Assembly (NCBI GenBank): GCA_039815375.1
Contig: JBCBZJ010000002.1
Coordinates: 1-64,000, forward strand
Source: Verrucomicrobiota bacterium
GTDB taxonomy: Bacteria > Verrucomicrobiota > Verrucomicrobiia > Opitutales > Coraliomargaritaceae
Length of the DNA: 64,000 bases
Reading direction: 5' to 3'
In this document: positions 46,789 through 56,851 of the stretch, piece by piece
How positions within the stretch are numbered: position 1 is the stretch's first letter
How the letters are laid out: each line of letters starts with the position of its first letter
The notes under the pieces: generated by a model
The model's input: only the letters and a program-made list of their open reading frames with translations
What the model was told of the DNA's origin: nothing
Databases searched by the model: none
Position numbers and translations under genes: made by a program

Positions 46789-48576
46789 ATGATGCAGTTA
46801 AACAACCCTTTGCAGGTCTGGAAAAAGCAGTCACTTCCAGTTCGTCTTATCCTCAGATATCTTTCGCGCGTAGACCGTGTCGAAGATATTTATGAACGCT
46901 GGATTCGGGATGAGAAGAATGCTCATGGCGAACCAGGGCCATTTCTTGATTTCTCGCTTCGAATGCTTGGTGCGAACGTGCGATTGCACAACGAACAATT
47001 GCTTGAGCGTATTCCCAAGGAAGGACCGCTGATTGTCGTGGCCAATCACCCGCTTGGTTGCATCGAAGGCATGCTTCTTACGCAGCTGCTACTAAAGTAC
47101 AGGCCAGACACTCGTGTGCTGGCCAACCAACTACTTAAGATTTTCCCTGAGTTTGAGGACATTTTTATTGGAGTGGACGTCCTGAATCCCGGTAAGCAGT
47201 TTGAGAATGGGAAGAGTATTCGTGAAGTTATCAAAACTCTTAGAAACAATGGCGTCGTCCTGATTTTTCCTGCCGGAACTGTATCCGAAATGAAGTTGCC
47301 AGGGATGCATATTGCAGACCCAGATTGGTATTCTACGGTCGGAAGACTCGCGGTGCGGTGCGACACACCGGTTCTCCCTCTCTACATTGATGCACGCAAT
47401 CCCACATTGTTTTATCTTTCGAGCTACATTCACAAGCGTCTACGCACACTATTGCTGCCGCGTGTGATGCTTAAAAAGCGCACGAAACCTATCGACATTC
47501 ATGTTGGCCGAATTGTGCCGGCCTATGATCTCACCAGCTTCGATACTCCCGAAACGGCGACCGGCTTTCTACGCCTTACCTGCGAGCTTCTGAAAAAAGA
47601 CCCTAGTCCTCCTGCAAGTCCGGAAGTTCGCAATTCGAGTGACCTGACGACTAAAGCTCTAGTGCCTCAATCTGATTCCCTGAAAGCCCATGTTGAGGAC
47701 AATAGAGAGGCGTGCCTGATTCAGCGTGAGGACTTCTCAGTACTTTGTCTGCCTTACGATAGAATGGGGCCGCTGATGCCAGCCTTGGCGCTGGAGCGCG
47801 AGCAAACCTTCCGTGCGGTCAAGGAAGGTTCCGGTAAAGTCTTTGATACAGACCGTTTTGATCTCCATTACGACCATCTGATTCTTTGGGATGAAAAAGC
47901 AGGCCGAATTGCCGGCGGCTATCGATTGGGTCGCGTAGACTGCGTCGTCGAAAAAGCAGGCCTTTCCGGCCTCTACAGTCACTCTTTGTTTGAGTATGAC
48001 CACCGGTTTATCAATTCGATTGGCAAAGGCATCGAGGCAGGACGGTCCTTTGTTTCGATAGAATACCAGCGTAACCCCAAGGCACTTGATCTTCTATGGA
48101 AAGGGATAGGTCGATACACTTTGCAAAAGCCGGGATACCACACGCTCTTCGGCTGTGTAAGCGTATCTCCGCAATATAATATGCTAGCGCGTGCTCTGTT
48201 GCGAGATTCGCTACTCACTTATTATGGTTCCGATGCGGATCTGCAAAGTATCGTTAAAGCGCGACACCCGATGAATCTAAACAGTCGGCCATGGTCAGAC
48301 GAAGACCTGCACCAACTGGGAACACTTCCGGTTCTTAACAAGCTGCTCGGGTGCGTCGATGTGCGCACCAAAGTGCCAGTGCTCATTCGGCACTACCTTG
48401 CTCTCAATGGAAAATTTGTCTCCTTTACCGTGAACAAAGGTTTTAACAGCTCGCTCGACGGCTTGATCGTTCTCGATCTGAGAGAATCACCCTCACGATA
48501 CTTAAAACGATTTTTCGACCTCTCTGGTCCCGAAGCATTTGAACCAACCAACTCCAAAACTGCCCATGTTGCATAA
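46789..48576 (+). CDS. Bifunctional PlsC-type acyltransferase plus GNAT N-acyltransferase (OlsF-like)
   Basis: N-terminal VVANHPLG.IEG and LIFPAG; C-terminal RE.TFR.V.EG, DRFD..Y.HL.LWD, YR.G, E.GRSFV..EYQ, LWKGI. Confidence 0.85.
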   Translation: MMQLNNPLQVWKKQSLPVRLILRYLSRVDRVEDIYERWIRDEKNAHGEPGPFLDFSLRMLGANVRLHNEQLLERIPKEGPLIVVANHPLGCIEGMLLTQLLLKYRPDTRVLANQLLKIFPEFEDIFIGVDVLNPGKQFENGKSIREVIKTLRNNGVVLIFPAGTVSEMKLPGMHIADPDWYSTVGRLAVRCDTPVLPLYIDARNPTLFYLSSYIHKRLRTLLLPRVMLKKRTKPIDIHVGRIVPAYDLTSFDTPETATGFLRLTCELLKKDPSPPASPEVRNSSDLTTKALVPQSDSLKAHVEDNREACLIQREDFSVLCLPYDRMGPLMPALALEREQTFRAVKEGSGKVFDTDRFDLHYDHLILWDEKAGRIAGGYRLGRVDCVVEKAGLSGLYSHSLFEYDHRFINSIGKGIEAGRSFVSIEYQRNPKALDLLWKGIGRYTLQKPGYHTLFGCVSVSPQYNMLARALLRDSLLTYYGSDADLQSIVKARHPMNLNSRPWSDEDLHQLGTLPVLNKLLGCVDVRTKVPVLIRHYLALNGKFVSFTVNKGFNSSLDGLIVLDLRESPSRYLKRFFDLSGPEAFEPTNSKTAHVA

Positions 48577-49066
48577 CTCGCTCAAAAAATCTCTCCTTCA
48601 AGTAGAGACGATCCTCGCTGGTATCGCCGAGCTACCAGCTCTGGAAGCTCATGAAGCCTATGTCGGCAAACGGATTGGAAGCCATGTCCGTCATGTCGTG
48701 GATCACTTCCTCGCGCTTCTCAAACTCACTGCGTCAGATACGGTGGACTACAATTTACGCAGTCGCAACAGCCCCACAGAGACTGATATTGCATACGCTC
48801 GAAATCAAGTCGCTGGCATTATAGATAGCCTTGAAAGCGTGATTTTTGGCTCTCGGGAAGTGGTTTGTCTGTCCGAAATTGACATTTCTGAATCAAAGAC
48901 TGCGGCCTTTAATTCGACAGCCGATAGGGAAGCGCTTTGGGTTTTGAATCATACGATACACCACATCGCTTTGATTAAGCTAATTGCGGAACAATCCGGC
49001 CTCAGTCTTAGTTCAGATCTGGGTGTAGCTCCAGCAACCGCAAGCTTTCAACGCGCAAGTAGTTAG
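48566..49066 (+). CDS. DinB family protein
   Basis: IG.HVRH, YD/N.R.R, RE....HTIHH metal-binding His pattern. Confidence 0.85.
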   Translation: MLHNSLKKSLLQVETILAGIAELPALEAHEAYVGKRIGSHVRHVVDHFLALLKLTASDTVDYNLRSRNSPTETDIAYARNQVAGIIDSLESVIFGSREVVCLSEIDISESKTAAFNSTADREALWVLNHTIHHIALIKLIAEQSGLSLSSDLGVAPATASFQRASS

Positions 49067-49074
49067 ATTTTTTT

Positions 49075-49824
49075 ATGTGCACGGTATCTATTTTTTCAAA
49101 AAATCAGGGTGTATTACTGACCATGAACCGCGATGAGCGGCGAACACGTTTGGAATCGCCAAGTCCGAACAATACCGACGACTGCTTTTTTCCCACCGAT
49201 TCTATCTCAGCGGGAACATGGTGCGGGCTTCATCGAAAGGGTTATGCTTTAACGCTACTTAATCGCTACGAATCAGAGTCGGAGTATCAGGGTAGTGATT
49301 CGAGAGGGCGGATCATCCCGGAAATCCTTGAGCTGGAGAAGATTTCTGAGATTACGCGCTATATGGCGACGCCAAATCTGTATCGATTTAGCCCGTTTGA
49401 TCTCCTTGTTACTGACAGTGTCTCGGTCAGGCATTTCTCCTGGAATGGTGAGGCATGCCAATTCAAAGAGTCATGCATTGATCAAGCACCCTTTTTCTAT
49501 ACTTCCTCTTCGGAACGGACCGCTGAAGTTGTTGCTTACCGTGAAGCACTATTCGAAAATTTCAAAGTCGAGTACCCGATTCCCAATCCCCGGGAAGTTC
49601 TCAGTCGGTTTCATGGAGTTCGAGATACAAATCTCCCACGAGACGGCATTCTTGTCGACCGCCCCGAAGTTCACACCATGAGTATTTGTCAGATTCAGAT
49701 CAGCGATGAATCGGCTACTTTAGAATACTGGCCAGAGTCCGATCTTGGTAACTGCCTTAAGGGTGAAAAGGCGAAGGCTGGATTTCATAAAACTTTTTGC
49801 CGAAACCTCGAAATGGCAAAGTAG
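49075..49824 (+). CDS. NRDE / TANGO2 family (Ntn-hydrolase fold)
   Basis: N-terminal MCT, NRDE, GTW, SRG. Confidence 0.9.
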   Translation: MCTVSIFSKNQGVLLTMNRDERRTRLESPSPNNTDDCFFPTDSISAGTWCGLHRKGYALTLLNRYESESEYQGSDSRGRIIPEILELEKISEITRYMATPNLYRFSPFDLLVTDSVSVRHFSWNGEACQFKESCIDQAPFFYTSSSERTAEVVAYREALFENFKVEYPIPNPREVLSRFHGVRDTNLPRDGILVDRPEVHTMSICQIQISDESATLEYWPESDLGNCLKGEKAKAGFHKTFCRNLEMAK

Positions 49825-49872
49825 TTGAGAGCCTTTCAAAATTACATTTGAAAAGCAGGATCGAGAAGTTTC

Positions 49873-50304
49873 TTAAAGTTTCTCTCCTATAATGGGGATA
49901 GTTTTCCGACGGAGAAAGAGAATCATTAAAGAAGCAATGAATACGACTACTGCTAAAGCAAACAGCACTCCACCGTCACCGTTCACCTCAATTCCCAGTC
50001 CTCCAAATAGGTGAAAGAAGATTGCGCCACTGATCACTCCAGCGGCCAGCGAAGATCCAATCCAGATTGTTGCGGGCGTTAAGACAAGCACACTGGCAAT
50101 CAGTTCTGCAATGCCACTACCAATCCGTCCGAATGGCTCCATTCCGACTGTTTCAAAGATGTAGATGGAATCGGGATGCCCGGTAAATTTGAAGAATAGG
50201 GTCTGGATAAGAATCGCTGCAACTGCGATTTGGAGAACCCAAGAGAGGATAACGAGCGGTTTTGATAAACCTGTCGAATCAGAGATGTTGTTTGCGCTTT
50301 CCAT
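49873..50304 (-). CDS. DoxX family membrane protein
   Basis: A.IL.QTLFFKFTG...S.YIF...GMEP.GRIG.G..EL, GAIFFHL. Confidence 0.85.
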   Translation of the reverse strand: MESANNISDSTGLSKPLVILSWVLQIAVAAILIQTLFFKFTGHPDSIYIFETVGMEPFGRIGSGIAELIASVLVLTPATIWIGSSLAAGVISGAIFFHLFGGLGIEVNGDGGVLFALAVVVFIASLMILFLRRKTIPIIGEKL

Positions 50305-50676
50305 GCAGGCCAGAATGTCGAGGCAAAGGCCTCATACAAAAAATATTTTAGTAGAGGTAAAAAGATTAGCCTCTATGATTTGATATCAGATTTGTTTAGT
50401 GGTCAAACATACCTGTATGTGACGGTTCTGAGTGCATCCAAGCCTAAAAAAATATAGCTCATGATACGAAGGATGTTTTGTAGAAGTCTTCTGAGGACAC
50501 TCATGTCGAATCATCGTATAATTGAGATTACTTGGTTGGGATATAGTTTGTAATATTTCTTCAGGCTAGGCTATCTAGACGCGCTTCGTTCTTTGCTGTC
50601 CTATGGGAACTATGCTTGAACGTTGTATAGTCGCTAATTTGTTTGTTTATGGCACATTTTAAAGAGTTTTTCTAGT

Positions 50677-51345
50677 TTGGCGTATAGGGTGAGGTTTTCC
50701 AATACAGCCAGTTACTACCATCTGCTTGAAGATTTTCTGATTGGGTCGGCCCTACAGCGGACTCGTCTTGCACAGCTCAACATTCCGTTGCTTGATGAAA
50801 CGAAAGCTCATGTGCTGATTGTGGGTGAGGGAAATGGCCGCTTCCTCTCAGTGCTCCTGCGGCAATATCCGAGACTTTGCATTACTGTCATCGATGAGAG
50901 CGCTGCGATGTTGGATCGAGCTCAGGCGCGCCTCGAAATGGCAGGGCTCAATTGTGACAATGTGACCTTTCGGGTAGCAGACTTCCTTGCTGTGGAACTG
51001 CCCAGTACTCACTTCAGCCTGATTGTCACGCATTTCTTCTTTTCGAACTTTATAGAGGCTGATGTAGAACGGATGGTTCGCAAGCTATCTGATGCTGCAT
51101 CACAAAACGTTCAGTGGTTGCTTGGTGATTTTGTCTTGCCGGGCGGGGGTATCTACCGGCTTCGGGCGAAGATCTGGTTGTGGATTTTGTATCGCTTTTT
51201 TGGGTGGACGGCTGCAGTGCCCGTCCGTGTGTTGCCTAATGTGGAATCGCATCTCACTCGTTGCGGCTTTGAATGTCGCGCAGAAGCATTCTACTGTGGG
51301 AGGTTGCTGCGAAGTGCCTGTTACAGAAGAATTCCTGGGTATTAG
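50677..51345 (+). CDS. Class I SAM-dependent methyltransferase
   Basis: VLIVGEGNGRFL, IDES..ML, THFF, WL..DF; start uncertain. Confidence 0.8.
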   Translation: MAYRVRFSNTASYYHLLEDFLIGSALQRTRLAQLNIPLLDETKAHVLIVGEGNGRFLSVLLRQYPRLCITVIDESAAMLDRAQARLEMAGLNCDNVTFRVADFLAVELPSTHFSLIVTHFFFSNFIEADVERMVRKLSDAASQNVQWLLGDFVLPGGGIYRLRAKIWLWILYRFFGWTAAVPVRVLPNVESHLTRCGFECRAEAFYCGRLLRSACYRRIPGY

Positions 51346-51426
51346 AGTAAGGTTTAGGACTATTCTTGAAGGTTCCTTTTCCGCATCGCTTCACTATGCA
51401 GCCGGATCCAAGATGAATTTGCTTTA

Positions 51427-51957
51427 TTAGGACTTGGGGCGGAAGATTTGAATCTTGCTGGAGTCGACTTCGATAAAAGGACCTTCGATCAGATCAATGC
51501 AGTAGGGTATCGCAGGGAAGATTGCTTCGAGGCACTCACGGATGGCTTTTGGTTTGCCCGGGAGGTTGACGATAAGACAGTTGCCCCGGATGCCTGCGGT
51601 TTGCCGAGAAAGTATTGCGGTTGGTACATACTTCAGCGATGTCGCGCGCATGAGCTCGCCGAACCCCGGCAGCATCTTCTGGCAGACGGCTTCGGTTGAT
51701 TCTGGAGTGACGTCCCGCACTGCTGGGCCGGTTCCTCCAGTGGTAATGATTAAAGAGCAGCCTTTCTCATCGGCGAACTGTCGCAATTGTTCTTCGATTT
51801 GGTCCTGTTCGTCAGCGACGACGGCATAGGCGGTTTGAAATGGTGTAGTGATCCACTCTTCGAGAAGGGCAACTGCAGACTTGCCCGGGATGTCTTCATA
51901 GATGCCAGCACTGGCCCGATCCGATACGTTGATCACTCCTAGTTTCATTGCGGGCAA
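51427..51957 (-). CDS. mog: Molybdopterin adenylyltransferase
   Basis: SDRASAG.YED, TTGGTGPA.RDVTPE, LSRQTAGIR, NLPGKPKAI.ECL, IPYCIDL. Confidence 0.95.
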   Translation of the reverse strand: MPAMKLGVINVSDRASAGIYEDIPGKSAVALLEEWITTPFQTAYAVVADEQDQIEEQLRQFADEKGCSLIITTGGTGPAVRDVTPESTEAVCQKMLPGFGELMRATSLKYVPTAILSRQTAGIRGNCLIVNLPGKPKAIRECLEAIFPAIPYCIDLIEGPFIEVDSSKIQIFRPKS

Positions 51958-52142
51958 TAATTAGCTGCAAGAAGGCAAGAAGAACACAAAATTATCAGCG
52001 GCTTAAACCGTCGGCATGATTTTCATTTTGTTTCTTTAGCCAGAAAATTGTTTCCTGAGTCTCTAAAATCGCGTTGACGCCTTTTTCGTGAGCCGATTTT
52101 ATTTGGGTTTAACGACGAAAAAGCATACAAAACCTGCTTCCA

Positions 52143-52274
52143 ATGAATCGAATAATGACTGCATATTCCCATCTTGGCATAGATCCAGAGACATGCGGTT
52201 GTCGCCACCTCGGTTGGCTCCTTCTTATCTCCATTGGCTTTCACCTTCCGGGTTCCCGTCGACGCATCGATTAG
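52143..52274 (+). other. Putative 43-aa leader peptide (uORF)
   Basis: MNRIMTAYSHLGIDPETCGCRHLGWLLLISIGFHLPGSRRRID*, ending 29 nt before a terminator in the ABC gene leader. Confidence 0.45.
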
Positions 52275-52303
52275 CGCGCATTTCGCAATGCCACTGTTTT
52301 GCT

Positions 52304-52340
52304 GCCCCGGGGACCAAAAACCCTGGGCTTTTTTGTTTTT
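52304..52340 (+). terminator. Intrinsic terminator in 5' leader (attenuator-like)
   Basis: GCCC-C-GGG...CCC-T-GGGC stem followed by TTTTTTGTTTTT, 28 nt upstream of ATG 52369. Confidence 0.7.
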
Positions 52341-52368
52341 GTATCCTGACCTTTCAACGAAGACTGCC

Positions 52369-54657
52369 ATGAATACTGGGACCAGAGAACGTGTCCTCAA
52401 GGACCAATCCATCATCGAATCCTACGCCGACCAGCCTGGAAGCCTACCCGAGGCGCTTCAGGCACGAGCCTATACATTTAACGCCCATCGTGCACCCTTG
52501 CTTTACGCTATGGTTGATCTCGATACTGCAGGCCAGCTACAGGAAGGCTGGCTGGTGCTGGGTCATGATGAGGTCTTTCTCTTCTCTAGTGTTGATGATG
52601 AGGATCCTGCGCGCGTGGCTCGCAGTGAATTGAAGTATGTTCGTGAATTGCCAGGGTTGAGTTCGAGTGCGCTGCTACTAATGGATGATGCCTCGCAGTT
52701 GCCTCGCCTGCAAGCTAACTACTCGCACCGGCAAAAGCAAAGCATGGAGAATATCCGCTTCGTGATCGACCAGCAGATCCAAGGACATGACATCCATCCG
52801 CGTGATGCGGACGAGGTTTACGCTGAGGCAGTCAGCGCAAAAATTAAGGATGCTCAGTCTTCCGTCATGTCGAGCCAATTCAAGATCATCCTACGTTTGT
52901 TGAGCTACTTCCGCCCCTATAAGAGGCAGGTTGCCATTGGCTTTGCTGCAGCACTGGTCATGACGGTGCTCAATCTGGTTCCGCCATTTGTCACCGGCTA
53001 CGTAATTGACAAGATTCTTAGGCCGCTTGAAGGCGGGCAACTGACATCCGGCACCGGGGTGCAAGTTACCTTCGCGGTCGTCGGTGGCCTAGCGCTTCTC
53101 TATATCATTCGAGAGCTATGCGTCTGGATTCGCCTGAAGAAGCTCGCTTACCTTGGGGAAAATGTTGCGCACGACCTGCGTCGCGACCTCTACACGCACC
53201 TGCAACAGCTTAGTCTTGGCTTTTTCTCCAAGAAGCAAACGGGAAGCATTATCAGCCGAGTCAGCTCAGACACTGATCGTCTCTGGGACTTTATTGCCTT
53301 TGGTGTGGTGGAAGCGACGTTATCGATCCTGATGCTTTTTAGCCTTGGCGTCGTATTGACCCTCATGGACTGGCAGCTTGGTCTTGTGCTGATGTTGCCG
53401 ATTCCTCTGTTTCTCTATGCGTTCTATCGGCATGGTAAGCACATCAACCGCCACTTTCTCAAGGCTTGGCGCAAGTGGTCAGACGTGACCGCTGTTTTGT
53501 CGGACACGATTCCCGGTATGCGCGTGGTTAAAGCTTTCAGCCAGGAAAAACGTGAAGTGAACCGTTTTGGGAGCAGAAATGATCAGGCTCTTGACAGTTT
53601 TAACTCGGTTCACGACGTCTGGACCAAGTTCTGGCCACTGCTGATGGGCAGCTTCCATTTATTGACGCTTGCTGTTTGGGGGATGGCCTTACCTCGAGTA
53701 TTTGGAGAGTGGGGCCAGCCGCTGAGCGTTGGTACATTCGTAGCGTTTCTGCTCTATATGGGTATGTTCTTTTATCCGCTTGAAGTGATTGGTCAAATCA
53801 CCCGGATACTGAACCGGGCCGTCAGCTCGGCGCACCGCGTCTTTGAGATCATGGATACTGATCCCGATCCGACACTAGCGGGCGATCGTCCTCAGGTGAA
53901 AGAGCTGCGAGGTGAAATCGCTTTCGAGAATGTGAGCTTCTCCTATAACGGGGTGCACGAAACCCTGCGCAACATTTCCTTTCGCATAAAGCCAGGCGAA
54001 ATGATCGGGCTTGTTGGGCCTTCAGGTGCGGGTAAAAGCACGGTGACCAATCTAGTAGCTGGCTTCCATCAAGCTACCGGAGGTCGCGTGCTGGTTGACG
54101 GCCGAAACCTCGCTGACCTTGATGTCAGTAGCTATCGGGAGCATCTGGGCATGGTTTTACAGGAACCTTTCCTTTTCCATGGAACCTTGCTTGAGAATAT
54201 TCGCTACGGACAGCGTGATGCTGGCCTGAGCGACGTGATCGCTGCTGCTCGGGCCGCCAATGCCCACGATTTCATCTGTCGTCTGCCGCTAGGTTACGAT
54301 ACGGTTGTTGGTGAACGCGGCCACACCCTGTCCGGAGGTGAGCGCCAGCGAATATCCATCGCTCGCGCAATACTTCACAATCCGCAATTACTCATTTTTG
54401 ACGAAGCAACTAGCAACGTCGACACGGAGACCGAGCGCAATATTCAGGCCGCGCTCAACCGACTTGTGCAAGGCCGTACGGTCATCGCCATTGCACACCG
54501 CCTGTCTACGCTTAAGCAGGCGGACCGCTTGCTCGTCATGAAGGAAGGATGCTTGGTCGAGGAGGGCACCCATCAGCAGCTGCTACAACTGCCTAACGGC
54601 GTTTACCGTAAACTCCACGATCTACAGGTTGAGCTCCATCACCAGCTTGTGGTATAG
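52369..54657 (+). CDS. ABC exporter-type transporter (TMD+NBD) with N-terminal extension, DUF1854-associated subfamily
   Basis: [36 protein letters not shown] domain; about 170-aa soluble N-terminal extension. Confidence 0.92.
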   Translation: MNTGTRERVLKDQSIIESYADQPGSLPEALQARAYTFNAHRAPLLYAMVDLDTAGQLQEGWLVLGHDEVFLFSSVDDEDPARVARSELKYVRELPGLSSSALLLMDDASQLPRLQANYSHRQKQSMENIRFVIDQQIQGHDIHPRDADEVYAEAVSAKIKDAQSSVMSSQFKIILRLLSYFRPYKRQVAIGFAAALVMTVLNLVPPFVTGYVIDKILRPLEGGQLTSGTGVQVTFAVVGGLALLYIIRELCVWIRLKKLAYLGENVAHDLRRDLYTHLQQLSLGFFSKKQTGSIISRVSSDTDRLWDFIAFGVVEATLSILMLFSLGVVLTLMDWQLGLVLMLPIPLFLYAFYRHGKHINRHFLKAWRKWSDVTAVLSDTIPGMRVVKAFSQEKREVNRFGSRNDQALDSFNSVHDVWTKFWPLLMGSFHLLTLAVWGMALPRVFGEWGQPLSVGTFVAFLLYMGMFFYPLEVIGQITRILNRAVSSAHRVFEIMDTDPDPTLAGDRPQVKELRGEIAFENVSFSYNGVHETLRNISFRIKPGEMIGLVGPSGAGKSTVTNLVAGFHQATGGRVLVDGRNLADLDVSSYREHLGMVLQEPFLFHGTLLENIRYGQRDAGLSDVIAAARAANAHDFICRLPLGYDTVVGERGHTLSGGERQRISIARAILHNPQLLIFDEATSNVDTETERNIQAALNRLVQGRTVIAIAHRLSTLKQADRLLVMKEGCLVEEGTHQQLLQLPNGVYRKLHDLQVELHHQLVV

Positions 54658-54706
54658 CTTGAGATGTAAAATCGATCCTAATCGTAAACCTGAAAATTTT
54701 GTTTTT

Positions 54707-55183
54707 ATGACTAATTCGAGTTCCAATCTTCGACTTGCTTCCTGTGGAGCAGGCCGTCTGACCGTTTTGGGTAAGGGTGAAAACGCCTTACTTGTCCGTC
54801 CTGTGAAATGCTTCCCGCTCTCCGAACCCGGACGTTACCTCTCACTGCGCGACGAGAACAGTAAGGAAATCGCCTTCGTTGAAGATCACCGACAGCTTGA
54901 TGATGCCTCGGCTCAAGCCCTCAATGAGGCCTTGGCGGCAAGTGGCTTTACCTTTGAGGTCATTGGCATCGAGTCTATTACACAGGACTTCGAGTTGCGC
55001 GTCTGGCAGGTGCAGACGGAGTCTGGCAACCGGAAATTTCAGACCGCACTCGACGCTTGGCCTCGCACGTTGAGTGATGGCAGCTATCTCGTCGAAGATG
55101 TCTTTGGCGACCTTTATCGCTTCCCGCCGCTTAATCAGCTGAATGAAGGCAGTGCTCAAATGCTCTGGTCGCTTGTCGGTTAG
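54707..55183 (+). CDS. DUF1854 domain protein
   Basis: V.PV.CFPLSEP..YLSL.D...EI...L...AL, W.VQT..G...F, ED..G..Y.....L...S. Confidence 0.8.
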   Translation: MTNSSSNLRLASCGAGRLTVLGKGENALLVRPVKCFPLSEPGRYLSLRDENSKEIAFVEDHRQLDDASAQALNEALAASGFTFEVIGIESITQDFELRVWQVQTESGNRKFQTALDAWPRTLSDGSYLVEDVFGDLYRFPPLNQLNEGSAQMLWSLVG

Positions 55184-55357
55184 TCAACTTTTCTGCGATC
55201 GGTGCCTTACCTAATTCAATCAATGTTAGACTCTTTTAAAATCTGACTTCCCGGTCATCAAAAATTGTATAATTTGAGTCATTAAATACTTGCAAAACGG
55301 ATTATTTAATAGTTTTTTCTACGTGTTTTCATCAATCTAACCTCGATTAAAATTACT

Positions 55358-56002
55358 ATGAAATTAAATACTCTATCGATCACAGCGTTGGCGCTTTTGT
55401 CAGCTGTTAGCACACAAGCTCAAGTATTGGCAGAATGGGCATTTACTGGTGATACTGATGCAGCAACTACAGTTGCAACAAGCGTGACTGCAGGTGACGT
55501 AACAGTAAACAACATCACTTTTAATGCTTTCGGTGGTCAGGGCGATACTCCTCCAACCAGAACTTTTAATGGTTGGTCGCTCAACAGTACTCTTACTGTT
55601 GCTGATGAGGAATATGTATCGTTTACATTGCAGGCGGATACAGGATTTGAACTAAATCTCACAGAGTTCAGCTTTGATTCGAGCAGAAATGCTAATGGAC
55701 CAGAGACTTATGATGTGCGATACAGCATTGACAACTTCGCGACAACCATTGGCACAGGAGCTACCACTAACAATGCGGTAACTCTTACCACAAATTCTAT
55801 TGTTCTTAGTGATACTGGTATTACGGATCTAGTGGAATTCCGTATTTATGGCACAGGTGCTACTGGTAACGCTTTTGGTGCACTTCGCTTGGATGACATT
55901 GCTGTATCAGGCACAGTCACCGTTCCTGAGCTTTCGTCTGCCAGTCTTATTGCTGGCCTACTGGGTGTAGCTGCTTGCACGCTTAGACGCCGCCGCAGTT
56001 AA
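55358..56002 (+). CDS. PEP-CTERM-type surface protein (VPEL variant)
   Basis: Signal peptide; C-terminal VPELSSASLIAGLLGVAACTLRRRRS. Confidence 0.85.
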   Translation: MKLNTLSITALALLSAVSTQAQVLAEWAFTGDTDAATTVATSVTAGDVTVNNITFNAFGGQGDTPPTRTFNGWSLNSTLTVADEEYVSFTLQADTGFELNLTEFSFDSSRNANGPETYDVRYSIDNFATTIGTGATTNNAVTLTTNSIVLSDTGITDLVEFRIYGTGATGNAFGALRLDDIAVSGTVTVPELSSASLIAGLLGVAACTLRRRRS

Positions 56003-56012
56003 ATAGCCAAGC

Positions 56013-56070
56013 AAAGGTGCCGAAACGGTTTTGCTCTTAGAGCATTTCTGTTTCGGCACCTTTTCTTTTT
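56013..56070 (+). terminator. Intrinsic terminator
   Basis: AAAGGTGCCGAAAC...GTTTCGGCACCTTT inverted repeat followed by a T-rich tract. Confidence 0.8.
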
Positions 56071-56851
56071 TACTTTAGGTTAAACGTAGAAATTTATTGA
56101 TATGCCACTAATTCTTTACCGCTAGAATAGTGCATGTTACAAATAGCTACTACTTTGATTTTTAATCCTCTCGTTGCATAATGCGTCAATTCTGCCGCTT
56201 TGCTCACAAGGAAAAAACTTCAAAACTGTAAACCTAATTGCGACTGCTGTAGTGTGGTCAATTCACGACTTTTCAGTTTGAAATTTTGAAGATCAGCGGC
56301 TCAATAATTTAGGCAATCAATCCAGCCTTTTATCGAGTCGCTGAATTTTTCTTTTAAGACTCCTAGCAGTGCATCCGTGTGCAATCACACACACACAAAG
56401 TAATCTAAGATTGCTGCACACAAAACCGTCAAAAGCTTTATTATAACACTAAAGCATTGAGGTAATCTGTTTTACCGCTTTCCAGTTCATCCGAATTTTG
56501 TGATGAATAGTTGTATTAGCCGCTTGTGATAGGTATAAGATATCTGTCAAAACCACGCCGAGTAAAACAAAGCCTTTGTTTGCTCGCTTTGTTTAGCTAG
56601 AAATCGTATTAACTTTTTTAAGATTTATCTTCCGTGTTGCCTGAAGTTTGGCTCCGCCGACAGGCCCGGACGTATGGTAAAGTTATGTTTGTAGATCAAT
56701 CCCCAGCTTTATCGTTTCGTAACAATTCGCGTTATTAAAGATAACTGGTGGAGTTGCTCATACGTGATTTTATGATTTCTTCTGTATGCGCCATCTGTCG
56801 ATAAGCGCAGCTTTTTTGCGATGCTTCCTCTCACTATTTTATAAAGTTACT

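Noticed and set aside
51958..52340. Moco or other known riboswitch next to mog
   Set aside because: I recognised no known aptamer consensus, and the terminator is oriented toward the ABC gene; an Rfam scan is needed to exclude it fully
52234..52368. N-terminal extension of the ABC transporter from TTG 52234
   Set aside because: It runs through the terminator hairpin and U-tract; ATG 52369 is more plausible
56387..56398. Short (CA)n tract as a phase-variation site
   Set aside because: Only about 6 units, intergenic and far from any start codon
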